Shown: positions 1 through 9,426 of the stretch, piece by piece | Layout: every line of letters starts with the position of its first letter | Numbering within the stretch: the stretch's first letter is position 1 | DNA from: Sphaeroforma arctica JP610 | Lineage: Eukaryota | Length of the DNA: 52,297 nt | Reading direction: 5' to 3' | Assembly: GCF_001186125.1 (NCBI RefSeq) | Contig: NW_014040442.1 | Location: 96,110 to 148,406, forward strand | Notes under the pieces: generated by a model | Seen by the model: only the letters and a program-made list of their open reading frames with translations | The model's database searches: none | What the model was told of the DNA's origin: nothing | Translations under genes and position numbers: made by a program

Positions 1-2083
1 CGAATCCTCACCGACAAAGTCATAGAGGAAGCCACGAGAATCACAATAAGTGTACCATGGTATCCAAATGCGACGTGGTTCCTACCATCGATTTATTTGC
101 AGCAGCACACAATGCACATACAGAAAAGTTCTACACCAAAGAACAGAATGCAATACTCCAAAAATGGGCAGATGAATTAAGCGCATGGGCGAATCCTCAC
201 TGACAAAGTCATAGAGGAAGCCACGAGAATCACAATAAGTGTACCATGGTATCCAAATGCGACGTGGTTCCCCAAATTCTTGTCACTATTTGAGCAAGAC
301 CCGATGATAGTCGAAAACACGAACAACACATTCCTAAAAACGGCACAACAGCCTGCGGCAAAACACCATGAGGGGTCACACTAGTAGCCAAAATAGGCAC
401 AAAGTTACCATACTTTGATCAAAAACTAGAAAACTCAGCCGCAAAAAGTGCGTCCGTACAAACTGCGGACGAGTCGACAGAACTAGACACAGTCACATAT
501 GATAACAGAGCTACCTTGATAGCTCAATACCTTACCGTGGGTCACTACCCCGTTAAAGAAACAGTGAACAAACTTTAAATTAGATGGTCACACATGGTCA
601 TGCCAGAAAAACGTGCCAATCAATACATTGAAGGCTGTGTACCATGTCTCAATCAAATAAATCACAAGAAGGTGTTCCAACCCTTACAATCAATGCACAA
701 AGTTACCATACTTTGATCAAAAACTAGAAAACCCAGCCGTAAAAAATGCGTCCGTACAAACTGCGGACGAGTCGACAGAACTAGACACAGTCACATATGA
801 TAACAGAGCTACCTTGATAGCCCAATACCTTACCGTGGGTCACTACCCCGTTGAAGAAACAGTGAACAAACTTTAAATTAGATGGTCACACATGGTCATG
901 CCAGAAAAACATGTCAATCAATATATTGAAGGCTGTGTACCATGTCTCAAAAAAAAATCACAAGAAGGTGTTCCAACCCTTACAATCAATAACGGCCGCA
1001 TTCCCGGGCGACAAGATACAAGTGGACACCATTGGTCCCTTGATAGACTCGAATAGAGGCAACACATGCGTCCTGGTTTGGCTCGATATACACTCATCAT
1101 GCTATACTTAGACCAATGATGGACAAGTCGGCGGCAACTGTCACATGAACACTAGTTCCAATCATGTGTGAACATGGCTTTCCACAAGTCATACAAATGG
1201 ATCAAGGCACAGAATACGTGAATGACATACTCTCGGAAATCATCGAGCCAGCACCGTCACAACACCTAGTGTACAGACCGTACCAATCCATAGTAATGGG
1301 AGCAAATTAGCGTTTACATTGAGACCTCATACCCTTACTGCGGAAATTTGTTGAATAAAATCCAGGCAACTGGTGTTCACGCCTTCCATTTGTTCAAATG
1401 AGCCACAACCTACGTTCATCACACAGACACAAATAAATGCGTTTCAATGTGTACTATGGACGGACGACGACACAACAAACTATCCGATTATAACAACAAT
1501 CAATGCACCCGGTACAACAGTACCATGGGAAACACGACTGAAGAATCTAGAAGAGTCGATACGATCACACCTAGAAAATGTTGCACAATATCAAGAAAAT
1601 ATGCGCGCAGCATATGACCGTAAATACCGAGAGAAGTATGTACACTTCAAGGATGGGGACATTGTGATGGTTCGTTACCAAGGTGAAATGAATAAAATGA
1701 CAGCACCATACGGATGACCTTACAAGATGATGAGCAAGGAGGGCAACGAGTATTTTGTATGTAACCTTGATGGGACTTTAGCCCCCGAATATCTTAACTC
1801 GGTCAGTGATGAGCTAATCGGACTAGTCAAGAAAGCCAATGCTGTGGAAGAATTCACCACGAACAGTCAAGTACAACCATCGGAAGAAACTCAATTCTCC
1901 TCGACACTTGACCACAGACCATCCACAAAAGATGATGAATCCCAGGAACACCTACTGCAATGGCCGGATGGGAAGCGTACCTGCACGCATGAATCAGACA
2001 TCACAGATGCTGATATTCTTACACTATATACCGACAGCGTACCAGACGCAAGCGAAGGCAATCGAGGCCGACGAAGTCAATAG
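1..2083 (+). pseudogene. pol: Ty3/gypsy pol 3' part (element A): decayed Dam-like methyltransferase, integrase and chromodomain-like tail
   Basis: 87-198 translates IDLFAAAHNAHTEKFYTKEQNAILQKWADELSAWANP, then (frame-shifted) ITISVPWYPNATWFPKFLSLFEQDP...CGKTP. Integrase motifs follow: FQPLQSITAAFPGDKIQVDTIGPL, HGFPQVIQMDQGTEY, HFKDGDIVMV. Chromo-like EHLLQWPDGKRT near 1950. Many stops and frameshifts, two tandem duplications. Confidence 0.85.
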
Positions 2084-2440
2084 CAACGAGCACTAATGAA
2101 CGATCAGCGAGCAACAGGAAGCGCACGAGGCGGGGAAATTAACCAAGTTTTACTGACACCGAAGGGCACTCCCACTTTTCTCACCTTGAAGCATGCTCCG
2201 CCTACAAGCCAGAGAGATAAGGACCAAAGACTCGGTTATAGAGCCACCGTTGAGATGTGTTTTCATAAGCCAAGTTGAGACCAACCGAGAGCACATGTCA
2301 AGACTGGCTCCGACGAGCATGATTGAGAACTCGCGTCATATCATAATTTAAGATTAGGCAATATGTAAGAATAGATAATGGTGGCAGGTTTTTCATCTTA
2401 AACCAGGGAAAAGTTTTCCCTGTACAAAAACACCAACCTC

Positions 2441-2460
2441 NNNNNNNNNNNNNNNNNNNN
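2441..2460. other. Assembly gap (20 N)
   Basis: Run of n in the sequence; relative orientation across the gap is uncertain. Confidence 1.
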
Positions 2461-3116
2461 CATAATTGATGTCGCATACTTGGGTTGACCCTGTTCTTTG
2501 TATTCTTGTATCTTCAGTTTGTGCTAGTTGCTTAAATCCCGGCTGCTCCCTGGCTGATGGATACAGTTCAGGTACTATACTCTTGTCCATACCTGAGCGT
2601 TGTGCACCGGAGTCTACTATGGCATTGTGTGTATTGCCATTGATTTGTATGTCAATGTGTAATCTTTGGTCTCGTTGTGCGGGAAGCAAGGACAAAGGTT
2701 GATAAATTATATCATCTGCATTGATTAACAACGTTTCTTCACCTGTATTTACATTAAGCCTGTCAGCCAGGTCAAACATGTTTGCTTCCGCCCACCAGTT
2801 GTTTCAGGACTCATCGCCATCTACTATCTCTTCTACCTTCCTTGAGGTAATGAATAGTCTGCCTACTTGCACATCGTTCTTGCCACGCTCCTCAGCCCTC
2901 TTGTTCTGATTTGATGCCTTCATAGGGCTGATAAAATCGATGTGGGACTGATGACACCTTACAATAAGGACATGCACGTATATGCGTCCCTTTCTTTTCT
3001 TGGGGCTGTCCTGCTGTCTCTGGTTGTCTTGGTGTGCCATTGTCTGGGTTGTGACGCTTTATAGCAGCGGTGGTATCGTTCTGAGCTTGGCTATGATTTG
3101 CTGTGCTAGAGCTGTA
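2461..3116 (-). pseudogene. Host gypsy element X: gag C-terminus and aspartic protease
   Basis: ORF 2393-2779 has LHIDIQINGNTHNAIVDSGAQRS (retropepsin DSG motif). ORF 2804-3040 lies in the same frame, separated by one TGA. Confidence 0.75.
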
Positions 3117-3327
3117 TGTGGTTAAATACGCGAGGTTAACAATATCTCAACGTACTCCCCTCATACAAGTGGAGACGTTGTATCTTTATTGAATCATAAA
3201 ATGAACCATAGGTTCTACTATTTGACATGTGTATAAATTTGCTCATAGACCCTAAACCAGGGTGTATGACCTTTCTCAAATAAACCTCAAACCCCTAAAT
3301 AAACCTAACTGAGTATATCTGACCATA
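3117..3327 (-). repeat. 3' LTR of element B
   Basis: TGTGG...GACCATA; direct repeat of 19546-19753 (about 15 substitutions and one indel by eye); followed by the C-rich complement of the PPT (accctccc). Confidence 0.95.
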
Positions 3328-3580
3328 ACCCTCCCAAGCTGAAGCACGGTCGTGTGCCAGTTTCGTATGGTTGAAGATCTACTCACTATACATAGGACGT
3401 TGGTTAACCTCCACGAACAAGAGGGATCCGCTGGCATTTACCCCCAGAGAGCTGGAGTATCGGCTGGCATTTAACCTCAGAGAGCTAGAGGGCCCGGTTA
3501 CTGACAACCACGCGAGCATGGTCGGTAACGTATAAGAAAGAAATAACTATAACAATAAGAACTAAACATAGCCATACTTG

Positions 3581-5124
3581 TTACACCGCGTCTCGCCGGC
3601 GCTTGCGAGAGCGTGTTTGTGTATCCTTGTGGTATGCCACAATATCATTAGCATCGTCAAACACCTCGGCCGTCTCCCAGATAGGACCCCCTTCTCGCCA
3701 TCGTATGAGATACTCCATCTTGTTCGTGTCATCATTTACACAATGTTTAATGATGTGGCGGAACGCGGACCCGTCCTCACACCAAAGACTCTCGTCCAGG
3801 GGTGGGTCAGTACTCCTGTGGACCAAACGTATCAGTTCAACCCGGACTGGTCGACCTTTGAATTCCGATGGAGTCGAACCATCACGATGAGATATATCGT
3901 ACCCCTGTCCATTCCGGCCTTTTACGACATAAGAACCAAACAAGGAGCACATGGCCTTTGATGTTCGGCCTTCCGATTTGACCATCACCACATCGCCCTC
4001 CTCGAAGTGCACTAAATCGTCCGTATGAAGGCGGTCGAAATTCTTCGTCAACGTATCCGTGTGCCGCATCATCAACCTATGTAACGGTGGTAAGATCGTA
4101 TCCTGGAGGCGATCGAGGCGCTGAGCCCACGTCTCATTCGTGACTGGCTGATTCTCTGGGGTATCGTCGGTAAAGTCCGAAAAGGGGACGTGGCGGCGTC
4201 CAAAGTATACGCTAAAGGGAGCACTTTTGTGCCGACGGGATACGCGCAGGTTTTGGTACAGCATCGTGAATGGTAGGCGCTCATCCCACGCTTGGGGTAT
4301 AGCCACAGAACAGATCCGAATCGATCGGACAATTTCCTTATGCCGGCGTTCCGTGGCCCCTAATACTTGCGAGCGGTATGCCGGCGAGAGTTTGTGCATC
4401 ATCCCAACCTTCCGAACAATGAGGGCCACTACCCCGTTGATAAATTCGGTACCCATATCAGATTGTATCTTCCGGGGGAACCCGTGCTCTCCGAAAATTG
4501 CCAATAACGTCTGCGCCGTGGATTCCTTTGATTTGTCAGGTGTGGTGCGGAGGATCGAGTACCCGGAGGCGATGTCAAGAACATGTAGAACGTACTTGTG
4601 CTTTCGACTAGATACGATCGGCATCGGGATATAATCAACTTGAATGTGGTCCCACGGATAACGAGCGTCTTTACTCACCAATGGGTGAAACCCTTTCTTC
4701 AGGGTGTCCTGACCCAAGCACGCGCTGCATTGATGCTTAACTTCCGTGGCCAACTCCAGAGCTCCCGGCCATATGTGGCCATTATGTTGAAGGTGTGTCA
4801 CTGTATCTGCTGCACCGTGGTGTCCTTGTTCATGTTGGGCTTGTGTAAGTTGTGTGCGTCGTTGTTGTTCTTCTAGTGACGCATTGACAAACGCTGGCTG
4901 AGCCTCCGCACTGGTTATTGGGATTGAGATTTCCCGTGCCGTGTCCAAACAACGAGGTTGTGGTGGAAACCGGGGCTCGGCAAAACCCAACCGGTGTTGA
5001 AACGACTCGTGTAGCTGAAAGCCATTGGAGGGCCCCACCCTATCAATGACCGTATGTCCCCACGGGGTTTTACCACACGCATACTTGGCGTGTTTCAAGA
5101 ACGTGTGTGGTGTTCGGGGCACCA
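3581..5124 (-). CDS. pol: Element B integrase plus C-terminal chromodomain (uninterrupted ~514-codon frame; start lost to insertion of C)
   Basis: HHCC finger (HEQGHHG...CSAC), DDE core (QVDY, QSDMGTEF, ATERRH), FEEGDVVMV/GSY module, chromodomain FRHIIKH...EYLIRWREGGPIWETAEVFDD. Confidence 0.93.
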
Positions 5125-5355
5125 TGTAGTGAGTAGTCGAGAGTAACTGTATTTCAACGTACTCCTCTCGTACAAGGGGAGACGTTGTTCATTTATTGAA
5201 CTAAATCCGGTGACTATCATTTTGGTCATGTGTTTTCCGTTAATCAGTTTTAACCTGATTGGATAAACCCAATTCAAAAGGTAGTCTCTAAAAAAACCCA
5301 AATATCAAATAAACCCTAATCCTAAATAAACCCTATCGGGGACTTCCTGACTACA
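5125..5355 (-). repeat. 3' LTR of element C
   Basis: Direct repeat of 13522-13731; followed by a poly-C run (PPT complement) at 5356-5363. Confidence 0.95.
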
Positions 5356-5425
5356 ACCCCCCCAAGCTGAAACGCCACAAGTGTGCGAGCTTAAAAGATT
5401 GAAGGAATGCCCTGAAAGCGGTTGC

Positions 5426-5613
5426 GTGCTGGCATTTATCTTCAGAGAGCTAGGGCATTGTGCTGGCATTTATCCTCAGAGAGCTAGAGCATTGTGCTGG
5501 CATTTATCCTCAGAGAGCTAGAGGGCTGGCATTTATCCTCAGCGTTGTGCTGGCATTTATCCTCAGAGAGTTAGAGCATTGTGCTGGCATTTAACCTCAG
5601 AGAGCTAGAGGGC
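5426..5613. repeat. Tandem ~34-bp repeat (GTGCTGGCATTTATCCTCAGAGAGCTAGAGCATT, about 6 units) in the 3' UTR of element C
   Basis: Units read directly near 5426, 5460, 5494, 5525 (partial), 5547 and 5581. Two related units occur in B (~3430-3492) and one in D (~26309-26341). Confidence 0.9.
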
Positions 5614-5700
5614 TCGGCTATTTGTTCACCACTCGAGCTGGTGACTAAACTGTAAGTACACGTAACATAAAATTATATCTATTAACAAAGTATCTTCTAA

Positions 5701-7040
5701 CTATAACTGGTCTCTCCGGCGTTTCCGAGCTCGTGTCTGCGTATCTTTGTGATATGCCACAATGTCAGTAGCATCGTCAAAGGCCTCGGCCGTTTCCCAC
5801 GTCGGCACCCCCTCGTGCCAACGCACCAGAAACTCGAGTTTACCCGTGACATCATTCGTTCTATGTTTGATGATGTGACGGAACGCTGACCCGCCTTCTT
5901 GCCAAAGATCATCGTTCAACGGTGGGTCCGTACTGCGGTGGACCAACCCTAGTAACACAACCCGTACCGGCTTCCCATTAAACTCCTGGGGAGTGGACCC
6001 ATCTCTATGAGTAAGGTCATAACCTTGACCGTTGCGGCCTTTAACTACACACGGGCCAACAGTGGACGCATGGCAGTGGAAGTTCGCCCCTCCGATTTCA
6101 CCATCAAGACGTCGCCTTCATCAAAGTGGACTAAGTCCTGGGCGTGTAACCGATCAAACGTCTTCGTCAATTTATCCGTGTAGGTCGTAGTGATCTTATG
6201 CAGTGTAGGCAAAATTGTATCCTGGAGCTGGTCCAACCGTTGTGCCCACGTGTCATTAGTAACGGTTGTTGCTCTGGTACGTCATCGGTGAAATCCGCAA
6301 ACGGCACGTGTCGACGTCCGAAATAAACGTACAGCATTGTAAAAGGGAGACGTTCGTCCCATGCTTGAGGTACTGCCTCACAGACGATGCGTATCGAACG
6401 TGTTTTCTCCTTGTGCCGACGTTCCGTTGCCCCAACACCTGTGGTCAATAAGGTGGTGATACTTTGTGAAGTATACCCGCTGTCTTGACAATGAGGGCGA
6501 CCATGTTGTTCGTAAACTCATTACCCCTATATGTCTGTAGCTTGCGAGGAAAGCCATTTTCGCCAAAGATAGACAACAACATCTGCGCGGTGGTTTCCTT
6601 AGTCTTATCTGGTGTGGCACGTAAGATCAAATAGCCGGAAGCCACGTCTAATACACGGAGGACAAATTTATTATGTCTTGTGAACGTTACCGGCATTGGA
6701 ATATAGTCCACCTGAATGTGATCCCAAGGGTACTTCGCATCAATGCTTGTCATCGGATGGAAGCCTTTACGTAGGGTATCCTGGCCCAAACACTGTCCAC
6801 ACTGCCGTTTAATTTCTGTAGCCAGTTCTAATGCCCCCGGCCAAACGTGGCCGTTCTGTTGTAATTGTTGGACAGTATCGGCAGCGCCGTGGTGGCCTTG
6901 CTCATGCTGTGTCTGTGTGAGTTGTGTACGCTGTTGTTGTTCCATCGGTGTGGCATTCGCAAAGGCCGGTTGTGCCCCCTCACGTCTCTCGTGCCGTATC
7001 CAAACACTGATGGTTTGGTGTGTGTCGAGGTTCGGCATAG
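5701..7040 (-). pseudogene. pol: Element C integrase and chromodomain (frameshifted)
   Basis: ORFs 6445-7038, 6167-6448, 6045-6236 and 5701-5958 are colinear homologs of the B integrase, including EFLVRWHEGVPTWETAEAFDD. Confidence 0.9.
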
Positions 7041-7049
7041 CCTAATCTT

Positions 7050-7490
7050 TGTGTAAAGCTCTCGGCGAGCTGGAAACCTGACGGCAGCCCCACTCGTGCA
7101 ACGACCGTGTGTCCCCACGGCGTCTTCCCACGGGCATACTTCGCATACTTTATAAATGTATGCGAGGTCCGGGTTCTCGGTTTGCAAAAATGATTTGAAA
7201 AGGTCAAACCATGGTGCGCGAGGTGTCCAAGGTAAGCACACCGTCGCTGTAGCCCCATCCGCTTTGATCTTCCGAAGCATGCGATGTATCGACCTCCACG
7301 GCGGATTCATCCATCCGTCAACCAACGCCCAGTTATGATCAAATGCACCGTCGCGCTCGTTTTTTGTCCAAAACCTAGGAAGCTGTGTGTTATGGGGTGC
7401 TGCGAACACGTCTATGTTGTTGTGTCCAAAGATACGCTGTGCTTGTTCGAAGTAGCTGGGAAATAATTGCCAGCAGTCTGCATATAGTAT
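7050..7490 (-). pseudogene. Dam-like (NPPW) DNA amino-methyltransferase domain in element C Pol
   Basis: In frame after RNase H: DCWQLFPSYF...IDVFAAPHNTQLPRFWT...GAFDHNW...GWMNPPW (7296-7307)...ATATVCLPWTPRAPWF. Matches the motif layout of DIRS-type/phage Dam-like MTases. Confidence 0.85.
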
Positions 7491-9426
7491 ATCTGGCACG
7501 TCTGTTTCCGCGGTCCCTTCATGTATACGACTCAGCATATCCGGCAGGACATTCCTCTCCCCAGGTATATGTGAAATGGTGAAGTTAAAAGGCGCTATAA
7601 TGTGGTGCCACCTCTGTAGCATAGGATTAAGTTTCAGTTGAGTATTTATATATACTAATGCTTTGTGATCCGTAAACACCGCAAAGCGCTGGCCGTCAAG
7701 GTAGTCGCGGAAGTGTGTCAACCCGTAGACTAACGCTAGTAGTTCCTTCATTGGTGTCGCATAGTTCTGTTGAGCCAGATTGAGTGTCTTGCTGAAAAAC
7801 ATTAGGTAGTGTTTCTTGCCCTCCACCCACTGGAACAGTGCCCCCCCCCTCAATCCGTAGTCGCTCACGTCTGTCTCGAGGTTGAGGGGGACGTCATCCA
7901 CCGGGAAGTGTAGTGCGACCGCGTTGACTATCGCGTCCGTCATCGCTGTCCACGTGTCCGCATGGCGTTGTTCCCACCTATCTCCGATCAGTTCATTCGG
8001 CTTCAGCTTGCAAAACTCCCGTAGAGGGGCTACCACGTGTGCGAAATTGGGTAGGTGTTCGTGCGAGAAGTTAGCTAATCCCAACGCGGAGGCAATGTCC
8101 TTATATCGCTGAGGTGTTGGCCAGTCGAGGAGTTTAGCCTACTTGTCAAATTCAACGTCAATCCCTGCCGCTGAAGCCTTGTTACCTAGTATCATAACCT
8201 CTGCAAGTGCAAAGTAGCACTTCACTGGGTTCAGTTTGAAACTGTGGTACGTCAATCTTCTGATCACCTCTTTCACTATAGCGATGTGCTCTTCATAATT
8301 GTCACTGGCAATCACAATATCGTCAATGTAGTGGTGGACTGGTAGTCCATCTAGAATCGTACTGAGCGTCCGTTGGAATTGTTGCGTCAATACGTGCAAC
8401 CCGAAAGGTGCCGATGTAAACGAGTACTGGTATCGATCGTGTGTGAAATTAAATAGGTATCTAGAATCCGAGTGTATCGGTAGTCTATGATATGCTGCTG
8501 ATATATCAAGTGTGGTATAGTACTTCCTGCTCTTCAGTTGTGAAATGATCTCATTCACCTTCGGTATCAAGAACTGGTCTCCTGGAATCAGTGCGTTGAC
8601 CTCTCGTATGTCCAGACATACCCGTACCTTCTTCACATTACCCTCACTATCAAACGTTGTAACTGTGAGTAAGGGATGATTAACCGTCGTGGGAGTGGTC
8701 CGCTTCGTAGTCTCTAAGTCCTTCAATCACTTCTGTACTTGTTCATCGACATACGGTAACCATCGCTCGAATACAAAGTTGCGTGTCGATCGTCTCATGC
8801 TCCTAGCCTGCTCGCGTGTCACCGGTATTGTCACTTCACTCCCCTCTAAGCAGCAACGTGCCTTGTCTGCAATGTCGGCGTTCGCTTCCAACCCTGCGGC
8901 CAGCCTTGTCCGTACTCCGTCGGGTTCGATGGTATTGGGGGCTTGGCGCCGAGCCATGGGTGTAAGGAGTTCATCTAGTTCCGTTGGGTCGATAGGTGCG
9001 AGTGGTGACTGAATTCCGCCAATATATAACCCAAGGTTCGTCATCATGTCCAGTCCCGAGTATAATGTCGATGCTGTCAGGGAGATTCATCAACTCGAAC
9101 GATCCATTGATGATCTCTGAGCCATAACCTATCGGTAACACTCCTGTTGTCCCCAGGCGAGGAGTGCGTACCGCTTTATCCGCCAAATATATAAATGATT
9201 CGCTGGGTGCTGGAGTAATTGGTCGTCCTAAGAGGTCTGCGGATGCTCGTACGATGCAACTACGGTTCGCACCTGTATCTATCAACGCTCGGAATGTACG
9301 ACCATTCACCTGCAATCGTATATAGACACGGTTGTCGGAGGACAGCAGTGGGTCTTTTATTGTCATCACTGTCTTCAATGGATGCGTGAACGTAAATGCT
9401 ACCTCATCATCGGATACCCTGAGGTC
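7491..9426 (-). pseudogene. pol: Element C protease, reverse transcriptase and RNase H
   Basis: PR ALIDTGANRS; RT KVRVCLDIREVN, LDISAAYH, PFGL, YIDD; RH ETDVSDYG, FFSKTL, KELLALV, FTDHKAL, NVLPDMLSR. A few stops and frameshifts. Confidence 0.93.

Noticed and set aside
2100..2440. 3' LTR of element A
   Set aside because: A purine tract near 2128 and a hairpin near 2405-2423 are suggestive, but there is no clear TG start, no partner LTR, and the region runs into the gap.
5426..5613. CRISPR-like array of ~34-bp repeats
   Set aside because: Units are head-to-tail with no unique spacers, there are no cas genes, and the array lies in a retrotransposon 3' UTR.
5426..5613. Hammerhead ribozyme (CUGAGGA on the minus strand of the repeat)
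   Set aside because: No stem II or GAAA core follows, and the motif is not kept in B or D.
7050..7490. Bacterial or phage contamination as the source of the MTase
   Set aside because: The domain is in frame within Pol in several nested copies, in a window with an intron-containing eukaryotic gene.
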